Shown one piece after another: positions 47,551 to 57,877 of a stretch of 64,000 nt of DNA. The stretch's first letter is position 1, and every line of letters begins with the position of its first letter. The stretch spans positions 21,207 to 85,206 of the IMG/VR virus record IMGVR_UViG_3300035034_002799; one strand, written 5' to 3'. A program made the position numbers and the translations under genes. The notes under the pieces are model-generated. The model ran no database searches, was not told where the DNA came from, and saw only the letters and a program-made list of their open reading frames with translations. Source of the stretch: a virus.

Positions 47551-50500
47551 ATGGCTAATAATTATTGGACTGGTTCGATTAATAATAACTGGAGTGATGG
47601 CGGTAACTGGAGTGAGGGGTTATCTCCTTCTTTGTCTGATAGTGTCTTCTTTGGAATTAGCGGTAATGCTGACTGTGTGCTTTCAGAAGCGTCTTCTGCT
47701 TCTTTTGTTAGTTTCGATAGTTATAGTGGTTCTTTTGATATGAGCGGCAGTGAGCTTTTTGTTACCGATGGTATTACGTTTGATTTAGATAATAACTCTT
47801 CTCCTATTTACGATGCCAACATAAATATATTTGGTGGCACTTTAAAAATAATAGATGTTGGGGCTGGTAGTAGCATTGATGCTGATGTTGTGATTCATGG
47901 TGATATAACATTTTTTTCATCGGGTGATTTTGTTGCAACAAGTTGGCTTGGTAGCATAACCCCTTCTGCTTCTGGACAACATACTATTATATTTGACGGT
48001 GAAGAAGGTACTTCTAACGATCCCATTATTTATTTTTTCGATGAGGGTGGTTTTCTTAATAGAAATTGTATTATTACCAAAAATGCTCATGTTTCAGTGT
48101 TTAATCCATCATTAACTGGCATTAATGAATATTATTTTGGTACCGAATCGGTAATCCTCAGTGGTGGTCAATTAGATGTCAGAAGTGACAATTTTATTAT
48201 TCACTTTCAAACTAAAATTATAATTGACGCGCTTGGTGGTAAAATAAATGATGGGCGTGCTTCTAGTAGTGCTATAGGTCAAAAATACTACGGTGGTGTG
48301 GATTTAGGTGGTGTTTTTACTCTCGGTAGTACTGGTGGTTACGCTGGTATAACTGATTTTTTTGAAAACTTAGAAGGGTACGCAATTAAGCTTCTTGCTT
48401 CTGCTCCCCAATGTAAAATAATTAGTTTAAATAGATCATTTAGACAAATAAGTATTGAGGGTCCCATAATAGAAGAATTTGGAAATACGAATCCTCTTAT
48501 TTTGGAAACAAATGGTAGCCAACGAGAATTCTTTATGAATAGTAGAAACGATGTTACTTCTGGGCTTATAGTACAAAACACAAAATCTGGATATCCTGGT
48601 AACCAAGAGGGTATTGTTTCTTTTATTTCTATAGAAGACCATCCTTTTGGTTTAGGTTACTTACATATTAAAGGTGGAGCATTTAGACATGATGATGCTT
48701 TTGGAATATCAGGAGATTTTATATTTTCAGAAAATAGCACTTTTTTTATCACCAACACTAATGCTGGTCCTTTAAACGTGGCAGGTAAAGTGGAAATAAG
48801 TGGTGGTTTCAACGTAACCTCTTTACCAACTGGTAATAAAAATCTTATACGAAATTTATTTGCCCCTCAAGAAGGTTTTGTTAGAGTATACGATGGTGCT
48901 ATTATAGAAGCAAACAATTCTTTCAACCTTAACACTGATGATATTAAATTTTCTAGTCCTGTCACGAATGTTAAGTTTGGTGATTCTGACATTATTGTAA
49001 CCTTCGATAAATTTGAAATTGATTCTGATGAGAATGTCTTAATCACTTTCGAGGGTGATATGCAACTATCAGGAAGTCCTCTTTTAATTAACAATGGCGT
49101 TCTTGGTTTTGAATCTTTTAGTGACAGTACTGCTCATGAGTTAAGATTTGTTGCTTTTAACACTGAAGAAGATTTAAACTTGGTTAATATCCCTATAACA
49201 TCAGGAGTTTTAAGGTTTACAAACAACACATTTGCTGAAAATAGCCATGGTACTTCTGTTATTAATATTACAGGTTCAGAAGATATTTTTCCTATAAACA
49301 CTTATTTTAGCCAAAGCTATGGTGATTTGACTATTAACGCTACAGGTATGTTAAGAACGCAAACTAATGATTTTCGCTTTGAAACACAATCAGGTAATAC
49401 TACAGAAGAGTCAAGTTTTACATTCAACGGTAATAATTTAACAATGATCGCCTTAGCTGATTTTCAAAATGGATTTACTTTTGAAAATAATACGACTGTA
49501 ACTGATTCAATTTCAGCGAACAATGTTTTCACTTTTAACAACTCAAGGTTGTTTACCTACTATAATTTTGACACTGATTATCCTTCAAGTGCTAATTTGA
49601 ATAATAAATTAGTTCTTAATAATACTAAAATTATAGCCACCGCAAGCGGGTATGACACTTTTAGTGGATTGTATTCTTTCCATGAAATAGATACTGAAGA
49701 TGGTGGTTTTTTTATAATAACAGGTTTATCTGATAGCGTTAACGGGTCTTCGTCTGAAATATCCCTTAGAAGCCAAGATCAGACAAATAATAATAATGAC
49801 GGTCGGGGTGCTCCAGAAGTCCCACTTATGATTGGGTACAAAAGTTTTGACAAGGATTATGCCCCAGCGCCAATAGTTCAAGACGGAACCATTAACAGTC
49901 CAATAGTTGTTGATGAAAATTACGATGATGTTCATAATCTACAAGACCCACCTTCTGGTGTTTATAAGTTTTTCCAAGTTAACGGTAAATTAGGTTATAA
50001 AATAGAATCTTATAATACGGGAGATGATCCAGACACTATTTTTATTATTCATGAGGATAATTTTGACTGGAAAAATGTTATAGATGCTAATGAGGACCGT
50101 TATAATTACGGTAATAATAATGTTGAATCTGAGTATGTTTTTCCTAATAACAGAACATATTATATAAGAGTAACTGAATATGGTCTTAATAATGAAGACC
50201 CAAATAACCTTTCTAATACAGATTATGGTATCAGAATAGTACCATTTGAAAATCCAAATAGAAATAACTTAGATATATATGTTGGTTCTAATTATGATAG
50301 AGGCGGTGGTTTTTTTAATCGCTTTCACGCAAATGATGTTAATATTGAGATAGTTAATAACACAAGTGATCAGTTTTCAGTTACGGAAGATTTCGTGATA
50401 GGAGATAATGCTACTTTTGAGTCTTTATTAGGTGGGACTGTGATGAACATATCTGGTTCTTTTGATATAAATGGAAACTTACTATTTACAAATTCTGGTA

Positions 50501-50649
50501 CCATAGAATTAAATCTTAATACTGATCTAAATAACAGAAACAATGCTTTTGTCAATATTGAAGATGTAAATTGTGTAAATAATAAACTTAATGTTGTTAG
50601 AGCTAAGAACTCTGGTGGTAATACAAATATAAACTTCAGGAGAGTATAA
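47551..50649 (+). CDS. Putative adhesin/tail fibre, beta-helix-like, with PPC-like insert
   Basis: YWTG..NNNWSDGGNWS N-terminus; G/N/T/S-rich strands; DPDT...YYIRVTEY...DYGIRI. Confidence 0.6.
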   Translation: MANNYWTGSINNNWSDGGNWSEGLSPSLSDSVFFGISGNADCVLSEASSASFVSFDSYSGSFDMSGSELFVTDGITFDLDNNSSPIYDANINIFGGTLKIIDVGAGSSIDADVVIHGDITFFSSGDFVATSWLGSITPSASGQHTIIFDGEEGTSNDPIIYFFDEGGFLNRNCIITKNAHVSVFNPSLTGINEYYFGTESVILSGGQLDVRSDNFIIHFQTKIIIDALGGKINDGRASSSAIGQKYYGGVDLGGVFTLGSTGGYAGITDFFENLEGYAIKLLASAPQCKIISLNRSFRQISIEGPIIEEFGNTNPLILETNGSQREFFMNSRNDVTSGLIVQNTKSGYPGNQEGIVSFISIEDHPFGLGYLHIKGGAFRHDDAFGISGDFIFSENSTFFITNTNAGPLNVAGKVEISGGFNVTSLPTGNKNLIRNLFAPQEGFVRVYDGAIIEANNSFNLNTDDIKFSSPVTNVKFGDSDIIVTFDKFEIDSDENVLITFEGDMQLSGSPLLINNGVLGFESFSDSTAHELRFVAFNTEEDLNLVNIPITSGVLRFTNNTFAENSHGTSVINITGSEDIFPINTYFSQSYGDLTINATGMLRTQTNDFRFETQSGNTTEESSFTFNGNNLTMIALADFQNGFTFENNTTVTDSISANNVFTFNNSRLFTYYNFDTDYPSSANLNNKLVLNNTKIIATASGYDTFSGLYSFHEIDTEDGGFFIITGLSDSVNGSSSEISLRSQDQTNNNNDGRGAPEVPLMIGYKSFDKDYAPAPIVQDGTINSPIVVDENYDDVHNLQDPPSGVYKFFQVNGKLGYKIESYNTGDDPDTIFIIHEDNFDWKNVIDANEDRYNYGNNNVESEYVFPNNRTYYIRVTEYGLNNEDPNNLSNTDYGIRIVPFENPNRNNLDIYVGSNYDRGGGFFNRFHANDVNIEIVNNTSDQFSVTEDFVIGDNATFESLLGGTVMNISGSFDINGNLLFTNSGTIELNLNTDLNNRNNAFVNIEDVNCVNNKLNVVRAKNSGGNTNINFRRV

Positions 50650-51077
50650 TGAGTAGTTTTTTAAAAAGAAACAGAAACAAATCCATATTGCTGGCTAAAT
50701 CACAAGAGTATGTATCTAGTTATTTCGATGATTTTGCATGGATTCAAATGCTTGACTGGAAAGCAGATGCTTTTCGTCAAAAAGATAATCATGGAACTGT
50801 AGAGATAGTTGATGGTGTAATAACAGGCGTTGAAGTTTTACCAGAAGGAGAAAATCCTGATATACAGCTAATTTTACCATATATTGAAGCGGTTAAAGTT
50901 TGGAAGGATCGGGTAATGGTTGATTATCTTTTTTTAAGAAAACCAAAATCTATAGCTGGTGAAGAAGTTAGCTACGACTTCTCAAATAACGGACAACCCC
51001 CAGTGAGTTTCACTGATTTGTTCTTAATAGTAAATTCTGCTGCTAGACCTCAAGGTTGGGCATTTCCAGAAATTTGA
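50649..51077 (+). CDS. Hypothetical protein (possible fibre chaperone)
   Basis: TAATG-coupled to the fibre-like gene. Confidence 0.6.
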   Translation: MSSFLKRNRNKSILLAKSQEYVSSYFDDFAWIQMLDWKADAFRQKDNHGTVEIVDGVITGVEVLPEGENPDIQLILPYIEAVKVWKDRVMVDYLFLRKPKSIAGEEVSYDFSNNGQPPVSFTDLFLIVNSAARPQGWAFPEI

Positions 51078-51085
51078 ATTTATAC

Positions 51086-51120
51086 ATTACTCCTCTCTAT
51101 AAATAAGAGAGAGGAGTAAT
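51086..51120 (+). promoter_or_regulatory. RBS-sequestering hairpin enclosing a late promoter
   Basis: ATTACTCCTCTCT / AGAGAGGAGTAAT perfect 13-bp stem; TATAAATA at 51098-51105. Confidence 0.8.
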
Positions 51121-51123
51121 ATA

Positions 51124-51480
51124 ATGTACGAACGTACTATTGCTAGCGACCATCGTATATACGAAGTTACTTTAGGTTCTAAGAGTGTTATTAAAGACCT
51201 TCTAAGTGTTGATGATTTGGTAGACTATAATACCTTCGTACATCAAAATAAAAGAAATGATGGGGATCATGGTGAACTTCAAAGAGATGCGTACAAACGT
51301 ATTGTAGTAGATGGGTATATATTATGTCCTTCCAGTACTATGTTTGTGTCTACTTCTATTAATGGAGCCGAAGAACCAGTTGATGCAGGGGTACAATTTA
51401 CTTCTCCTGTAGCTTTCTGGCTAGATAAAACTTATGTAAGAGGTAGCGGTACTGCTTATTTAAGAGTATTTTTCTCATAA
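51124..51480 (+). CDS. Hypothetical late protein
   Basis: GAGGAG RBS; late promoter. Confidence 0.75.
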   Translation: MYERTIASDHRIYEVTLGSKSVIKDLLSVDDLVDYNTFVHQNKRNDGDHGELQRDAYKRIVVDGYILCPSSTMFVSTSINGAEEPVDAGVQFTSPVAFWLDKTYVRGSGTAYLRVFFS

Positions 51481-51491
51481 TGGAGTTTTGA

Positions 51492-52223
51492 ATGGCAATT
51501 TATATCCCGCCTAGAAGAGATACTGGGTCTAGTTCCCCATCATTAACAGGTAACTATGTTACGGTTGATACAGACCAAACCATAACCGCTGATAAAATAT
51601 TTGAGGGTACTGTTACCTTTAATGGGACTGTTTTAGAAAATTTAACCATAGAAGACAATACTATTATTATTAATAGTGGAGAAATAGCTGCTGGGGTTTC
51701 TGATGGTTCCGCTGGTCTACAAGTAGATCGTGGTACTGCGACTGATGCAAAATTATTATTTACAGAAAATTCTCTTGGGGATGATACGGATAACCGTTGG
51801 GTAGTTGATATTGGAGACGGTTCTCAGGAGCAAATTGTTTATGATACTATGCCAGATGATGTTGTGTTTAATGGCAAACTTACAGTTAATAATGACCTTG
51901 ATGTCAATTTCGATTTAACTGTAACATCTTTGGCTGGGAATACTGATGAAATAGTAACTCTTGATGCTAATGGTAAGTTACAAAATAGTGGCACCACTGT
52001 TGCTGGGCTTAGTGGTACGTATGTCCTTAAGTCAGGCGATACGATGACAGGTCAATTGACTTTAAGCGAATCTAACATATTAATTCAAAACACTGGAAGT
52101 CCATCTTCTATATATGCAGAACGAGTAGATGGTGTAATGGGTGCTCTTGGTGCTGGGGATTCAATCTCATTATGGTATGATGGCACAAGTAGCCTTTGGA
52201 GAGTCATGGGAACTCATAATTAA
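51492..52223 (+). CDS. Tail-fibre-like protein
   Basis: QTITADKIF, IEDNTIIINSGE, AGLQVDRG, YVLKSGDTMTGQL. Confidence 0.72.
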   Translation: MAIYIPPRRDTGSSSPSLTGNYVTVDTDQTITADKIFEGTVTFNGTVLENLTIEDNTIIINSGEIAAGVSDGSAGLQVDRGTATDAKLLFTENSLGDDTDNRWVVDIGDGSQEQIVYDTMPDDVVFNGKLTVNNDLDVNFDLTVTSLAGNTDEIVTLDANGKLQNSGTTVAGLSGTYVLKSGDTMTGQLTLSESNILIQNTGSPSSIYAERVDGVMGALGAGDSISLWYDGTSSLWRVMGTHN

Positions 52224-52290
52224 TAGGAAAATTATATATGAAAAATAGCAAATTTCATATGCTGCTGAATAACTGATAAGAGGAGAATAC

Positions 52291-52653
52291 ATGCTTAGAA
52301 TTAAAAAGATTATTATGGAATCTCTTTATGGTGAAGAAAGTGGCATAATTGAGTTTACCTATGGACAAATGCCTTTCGAGGATGCTCAAGAAGCATTTGA
52401 AAGACTTAGAGGATCGTTAAACCATATTGGTATAGATAGTTGTGTCAATTATGGACATGTTGGTAAGATCGCTATTATCACAACGGAAGATAAAGCTCAG
52501 CAAGCAAGAGAGTTAGCTGAAGCTGAAGGGTTTCAGCATGTTAATGAGATTTTTGGAACTCGTTCTAAAGAAGAAATTAACAATGATGTACCAGTAGGCG
52601 ATTCCAAAAATGCTCGCGTTGGAAGTGGTTTTGATCGTCGTTGGGGATTCTAA
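52291..52653 (+). CDS. Hypothetical protein
   Basis: GAGGAG RBS. Confidence 0.7.
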   Translation: MLRIKKIIMESLYGEESGIIEFTYGQMPFEDAQEAFERLRGSLNHIGIDSCVNYGHVGKIAIITTEDKAQQARELAEAEGFQHVNEIFGTRSKEEINNDVPVGDSKNARVGSGFDRRWGF

Positions 52654-52937
52654 TAAGAGATATTGTTATCTACTAAATTGTTTAACCCAGAATCTTGTAC
52701 TGGACCCGTGATGTCACTCCACCTAACATTTGTATTGTTAGAAGTAACTAAACATTTTTCTGTAGATGGTGTTAATATAATCGCAGCGGCTTGTGTTCTA
52801 TCACCGTCTCTTGATATTATAGAATTAGATGTTACTACAGAACCTAAAGCATTAGATAACACAATAGCGTGATTAGTACCATATAGTTGTCGATCAAGTT
52901 CAATAATATTATTAGAAATAATAAAGTGTGTTCTCAC
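52650..52937 (-). pseudogene. C-terminal remnant of a parallel beta-helix protein
   Basis: IISNNII, VVTSNSI, LVTSNN, NNLVDNN repeats; no clear RBS; opposite orientation to neighbours. Confidence 0.45.
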
Positions 52938-53110
52938 TTTATGTGCGCTATCATAGAATATTGTGTGTTCTTTTTTATTAATAGTATTAATGCTTTGACG
53001 AAAAAAGATTTGAACCTTTTATTGATAGCTCCGTTTGTACTAGTGGAGGATAGGACGTGAAAAAGCCATACAAAGAACCTAACCTTTTACCGTATATAAA
53101 GGAGAAAATC

Positions 53111-54730
53111 ATGGCGATCACTGATGTAGAAAACGAAGAAGAACTTATGGAGGAATTCCAAGAAATTGACGAGTACATAGAAGAAGAAGATAATAGAGAA
53201 ACTGTAGCCGCAGTAAGTGGCTGGAGTATGTCTCTCGCTATCCATGCCATCCTTCTGCTACTATTGACATTTATAGTCATTGCTGATAGGATATTAGAAG
53301 AACCAATTCCAATAAAAACTGCATTTACAGAACAACCTCCAATAATAAAAGAGGAAGTAATTAAAGAAGTTGAGTTTAAAGAAGTAGAAATTACTATTGA
53401 TGATGTAGTAGTCGAACAACCAGTTGTAAATCAACTTGATGTGGTTGTTGAAGAAGTCAATTTAACTGAAGACGACACCGAAGTGACTGCTGAAGCTAAA
53501 GGTCGAGAAGAGGCAGTATCGTCTTCTGAAAATGGAGGTCAGGCGGCATTTATGAATATCGGTGCTGGTGGTGGCGGTGCTGGAATGATGGGGTCGAGAA
53601 CTGGTGGAGCTAAAAAGAGGGCACTAGTAGGAGGGGGTGGCTCAAGAGCAACTGAAACTACTGTTGATAGGGCTTTACAATGGTTTGCAAGGCACCAAAG
53701 TCCAAACGGACAATGGGATGTTGACGGTTATCAAATAAATTGTCAAGACGCTGGTCCAAAATGCGAACCTGGAACTGATCATACTGGCAGTGATGGTGAT
53801 GTTGCATCAACTGGATATGCAGTATTAGCTTTTTTAGGAGGTGGTTACGATCACAGAACTCCTAATAGATATCGCAGAGTTGTAAAAAATGGTTTGAGTT
53901 GGTTAGTTCAATCTCAAAATCAAGAAGGTGGTTGGGGTGACAAAAATCGTAATTATGAAAATGGTATAGCAACCATGGCATTAGCTGAAGCGTTTGCTAT
54001 GACAAATGACCCTGTATTAAGAGAACCAGCCCAAAGAGCAGTCGATTTTCTAAAGAGCCGTCAAATTGATGGGGATAATGGCTATGGTGGTCTTGGCTGG
54101 GATTATAAAACTAGCGATTCGAGAAACGATATGTCTGTTTCTGGTTGGGTTATAATGGCACTAAAATCCGCTAAAGCTGGTGATTTGGACGTTGGTAATT
54201 CCATGGAAGGTGCAAAATTGATGTTTGAGAAAGCATGGAATTCGACAAATAATAATGGTGAAGGAATTAATGATTATTATAAGGATCGCTCTGGTTATCC
54301 TTACACATGGAATTCGAAAACTGATAAGGCTGATCGACCAAACAGAACGGCTATAGGTCTTTGTATCGGAGTATTTTTAGGGCATGGTGCTGGTGACATT
54401 ATGATGGAAACTATGGCAAATGATGTTATGGCGAGAATGAGGGAAGGTGATGCTGATTATCAACTAAACACATACCCGACAAATACCTACTATTTGTATT
54501 ATTCAGCTTTGGCAATATTCCAAGTTGGAGGCGAACGCTGGGATGAATATAATAAAAAGATGATTGACGTTTTATTAAAGAGTCAACATACAAATGGTGG
54601 ATGCTTTGACGGTAGTTGGGATTACGAGGGCACCAGATTCCATGGTAATAAAACTGGAAGACTATTATCGACTGCTTATAACGCTTTAAGCCTACAAGTT
54701 TATTATCGTTATACCAGAGCAAATAAATAA
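53111..54730 (+). CDS. Membrane-anchored prenyltransferase/squalene-oxidase-repeat protein
   Basis: SLAIHAILLLLL TM; ALQWFARHQSPNGQW, WLVQSQNQEGGW, DMSVSGW..MALKSA, YYLYY, GSWD; AAGGAG RBS. Confidence 0.85.
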   Translation: MAITDVENEEELMEEFQEIDEYIEEEDNRETVAAVSGWSMSLAIHAILLLLLTFIVIADRILEEPIPIKTAFTEQPPIIKEEVIKEVEFKEVEITIDDVVVEQPVVNQLDVVVEEVNLTEDDTEVTAEAKGREEAVSSSENGGQAAFMNIGAGGGGAGMMGSRTGGAKKRALVGGGGSRATETTVDRALQWFARHQSPNGQWDVDGYQINCQDAGPKCEPGTDHTGSDGDVASTGYAVLAFLGGGYDHRTPNRYRRVVKNGLSWLVQSQNQEGGWGDKNRNYENGIATMALAEAFAMTNDPVLREPAQRAVDFLKSRQIDGDNGYGGLGWDYKTSDSRNDMSVSGWVIMALKSAKAGDLDVGNSMEGAKLMFEKAWNSTNNNGEGINDYYKDRSGYPYTWNSKTDKADRPNRTAIGLCIGVFLGHGAGDIMMETMANDVMARMREGDADYQLNTYPTNTYYLYYSALAIFQVGGERWDEYNKKMIDVLLKSQHTNGGCFDGSWDYEGTRFHGNKTGRLLSTAYNALSLQVYYRYTRANK

Positions 54731-54760
54731 TTAAAATATAATTATTTAATTATCACAATA

Positions 54761-54791
54761 AAACTCCTAGTAAAAGCTAGGAGTTTTTTTT
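54761..54791 (+). terminator. Rho-independent terminator
   Basis: AAACTCCTAG-taaaag-CTAGGAGTTTTTTTT. Confidence 0.9.
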
Positions 54792-54824
54792 GGAAACTAT
54801 AAGATATAATATAAAAAAGGAGAT

Positions 54825-55010
54825 ATGATGGATGAAAAGGTTATCGTGCAGGGCAGTGAACGTGAATTCGATGAACGAGTAGAAAAATGGCATCATAGTG
54901 ATATAATGGTACCATCACAGAGTTACTTATGTCTCACTGATAACGAATGGCATGCCTTTCTTAATGGTAATGTCATATTTTCTGATGATTTGGAGAGTAA
55001 AAAATTATGA
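54825..55010 (+). CDS. Hypothetical protein
   Basis: AAGGAG RBS; ATGA overlap with next gene. Confidence 0.65.
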   Translation: MMDEKVIVQGSEREFDERVEKWHHSDIMVPSQSYLCLTDNEWHAFLNGNVIFSDDLESKKL

Positions 55011-56329
55011 CATTTGAATTTAAAAAATTAACTGGAGATGAACCTATTATCGAAAAGGTCAATCAAGAACCTACTAAAAAAGCTTCGATGATTGGTGGGG
55101 AAACTCCAATTAAAGAAATAGTTAAACAACCTATTAAGATAACGAAGAAAAAGAGAATACCTCCTATTAGTGGTACTAAGGACGGTACTGATCTTTCTCG
55201 ATTGAGACAAGGTAGAGAGCGACATGAGGGGTTTGATGTTGGACAGTATGTTCAGTCAGTTCCTATGTTGTTTAGTAGAGATGGACATAATCAATGGTTA
55301 GGTGATCAATTTAGAGGAGGGCATGCTTTTTTACTTTTGGGTGGTCCTTCTTTCGGTGATTTAATGAAAGAAACCTATGAATTTAAAGGTAAAAAAAGAT
55401 CAGTAAAGGAAATCCTAGATTACCCAGGTCATGTGACTATGTGTGTTAATAACGCAGTAAAATCATATAGACCTAATATGTGGGTTTGTGTTGACAGTCC
55501 TGATCATTTTATTAAAAGCACTTGGCTTGATCCCAAAATCCAAAAATTTGTTCCTTTTTGTCATACTGAAAAAACCATATTTGATAACGAGTCATGGAAA
55601 GAAACCAATACTAAAGTTGGTGATTGTCCTAATGTATTATTTTATCGTAGAAATGAACATTTTCAACATGAACAGTTTATGCATGAAGATACTTTTAATT
55701 GGGGTAGTCATAAGAAATATGGTGGCAGTCGCTCAGTCATGTTAGTAGCTTTTAGATTACTTTATCATTTAGGTATTAGAAATCTATATTTGTTAGGATG
55801 TGATTTCAACATGAGCGAAGATTCTAAATATCATTTTGATCAGGATCGTACTAGAGGATCACAGACGGGGAATAATTCTACATATAAAGCTTTGATAGAA
55901 CGGTTTTCATTAATGAAACCTGATCTCGACGCTCTTGGATATAATGTTTGGAACTGTAATCCAGATTCTCAACTTAAAGTTTTCCCTCACATGAAGTTTA
56001 TTGATGCAGCTAATAGAGCATGCGCAAATATGCCTAATATTGAAACTGAAAGAACGGCTGGTCTTTATGATAGACAAGCGAACATGAAGAAGGACAAAGA
56101 AGTTGACCTAAAGAAAAACGCGGCTAAAAATATAGCCGACCAATATTCAGAAACTGATAGAAAAGAAATCAAAGATAAATTAGATACTGCGCGTATTAAA
56201 CTCAGTAATTTAAAGAAACTTGCTGAACAAGAACCAACTGATGAAAACAATAAAGCGGTTAGGCGAGCACGAACTGAATTCAGGAAAATAGAAAAAGAAA
56301 AGAATAAAATTTGGGGGATCGTTAAATGA
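55007..56329 (+). CDS. Maf/DUF115-like glycosyltransferase with K/P-rich N-terminus and coiled-coil C-terminus
   Basis: LLGGPS, MCVNNA, WVCVD, LYHLGIRNLYLLGCDF, VWNCNPDS. Confidence 0.65.
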   Translation: MTFEFKKLTGDEPIIEKVNQEPTKKASMIGGETPIKEIVKQPIKITKKKRIPPISGTKDGTDLSRLRQGRERHEGFDVGQYVQSVPMLFSRDGHNQWLGDQFRGGHAFLLLGGPSFGDLMKETYEFKGKKRSVKEILDYPGHVTMCVNNAVKSYRPNMWVCVDSPDHFIKSTWLDPKIQKFVPFCHTEKTIFDNESWKETNTKVGDCPNVLFYRRNEHFQHEQFMHEDTFNWGSHKKYGGSRSVMLVAFRLLYHLGIRNLYLLGCDFNMSEDSKYHFDQDRTRGSQTGNNSTYKALIERFSLMKPDLDALGYNVWNCNPDSQLKVFPHMKFIDAANRACANMPNIETERTAGLYDRQANMKKDKEVDLKKNAAKNIADQYSETDRKEIKDKLDTARIKLSNLKKLAEQEPTDENNKAVRRARTEFRKIEKEKNKIWGIVK

Positions 56330-56991
56330 AATACGTTAAAAACATAGAATTAAAAGAAGTTTTTGATGATAATTCATTAGTTCTTTCTGATATTGAAACT
56401 ATGATGGAACATCAGGTTGGGTTTGCTTTTAATCGTAAGATAATCACTATAGCTGAACATGTTCAAATGGGTGGTCTTCGATGTGTTCAATATCCTAACG
56501 AATTTGCTCAGTATTTGAGCTTTATTTTTGATGTGAACGCGGAAACTCCAATTAATACATATATGGAAATAGGGGTAGATAGGGGCGGTACTTTTTTTGT
56601 TACTGACTCTTTTTTAAGATCAATCAATAGTTCTTTTCAAAAAAGTTACGCAGTGGATATTAAAAAGAAAACAATTCAATGGGATGAATATGCTGAAAAG
56701 TTTGATGTTGAGTTTATTTTAGGGGATTCTAAAAAGATTACACCTTTTGAGGTTGATTGGTGTTTAATTGATGGTGATCACACCTATGAGGGAGCAAAAG
56801 CAGATTTCGAGAAGATGAAAAATCATGCTAAATATATTGCTTTCCATGATATTGATATTATTCATAAACAGACGAATGTTAAAAAACTATGGGAAGAATT
56901 AAAACCGAATTACAAACATTGGGAATTTAGAAACAAAGATAGTAGATTTCCAACACCAATAGGGATTGGTGTTATTAAGGTAAAGGATTAA
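56326..56991 (+). CDS. Class I SAM-dependent methyltransferase (Methyltransf_24-like)
   Basis: MEIGVDRGGT, IDGDHTYEG, AFHDI, GIGV. Confidence 0.88.
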   Translation: MKYVKNIELKEVFDDNSLVLSDIETMMEHQVGFAFNRKIITIAEHVQMGGLRCVQYPNEFAQYLSFIFDVNAETPINTYMEIGVDRGGTFFVTDSFLRSINSSFQKSYAVDIKKKTIQWDEYAEKFDVEFILGDSKKITPFEVDWCLIDGDHTYEGAKADFEKMKNHAKYIAFHDIDIIHKQTNVKKLWEELKPNYKHWEFRNKDSRFPTPIGIGVIKVKD

Positions 56992-56992
56992 T

Positions 56993-57877
56993 ATGAGTCA
57001 AGGGTGTATTTTTTTTAATTTTGGTAATAAATGTATGGCTAGACTTTTTGTTGCGATCCATACACTTAGAAAAGTGTATAATGGTCCAGTAACAATAATG
57101 CTGTCCGAAAATGACGAATTTAATAAAGAAGTCTATTCTATATTTGAGAATAAGTATAATTGTAATATTCAATGGTTTGATCTTGATAGGACAGTTAAAA
57201 GAAACCTCAAAAGTGTGCTTAAGCCTATGTTTTTTGAAAACAGCCCTTATGATACGTCAATAATGTTTGATGGAGATTTGGTTTTTGCTAAACCTTTTGA
57301 TGAGTTGTGGGATTGGACTGAAGATAAAGGTTGGACTGTTACTCACTTTATGGGGTGGATGTCAAACGGTAAGAGCATGAGTAAGAGAATAAACAATGTT
57401 CTTAGTGATGTTTTTAATGAGAAACAAATGGCAGCCGCTACTGATAATCACCCCGCTATTAATGTGGGTGTGTTAGGTTATAACAAAGATAAAGGGCGCA
57501 AACTACTTCGTAAGTGGAAACAGGTTACTCAGCAAGTGGCTGGTAAGTTTATTGCTGATGAAATTGCAATGCAAGGTGTTTATTTTTGGTATGATCATTA
57601 TGTAGCCGACGAAAGATTTAATTATTCATGTCATTATGGTAAGATTTTGAAAGAAGCAAAAATTATTCATTATCATGGTAATAAACACACAGGTTTACAT
57701 CGTGAGTCTAGTCGTTTATGGTGGGCATGTGTGAAAGAGATAATGGATAAAGGTGATATTGATATAATCAAATGGCTCAAAGCTGATCCAGATGCTAACA
57801 GGGTATTAACTGAACATCCCGATGAAAAGTTTTTAAAAGAATGTCAGGATGAGTTTAAAGGGTATTGGGATGGTTGA
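56993..57877 (+). CDS. GT8-like glycosyltransferase
   Basis: SPYDTSIMFDGD, INVGV, ADEIAMQ, IIHYHGNKH. Confidence 0.75.
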   Translation: MSQGCIFFNFGNKCMARLFVAIHTLRKVYNGPVTIMLSENDEFNKEVYSIFENKYNCNIQWFDLDRTVKRNLKSVLKPMFFENSPYDTSIMFDGDLVFAKPFDELWDWTEDKGWTVTHFMGWMSNGKSMSKRINNVLSDVFNEKQMAAATDNHPAINVGVLGYNKDKGRKLLRKWKQVTQQVAGKFIADEIAMQGVYFWYDHYVADERFNYSCHYGKILKEAKIIHYHGNKHTGLHRESSRLWWACVKEIMDKGDIDIIKWLKADPDANRVLTEHPDEKFLKECQDEFKGYWDG

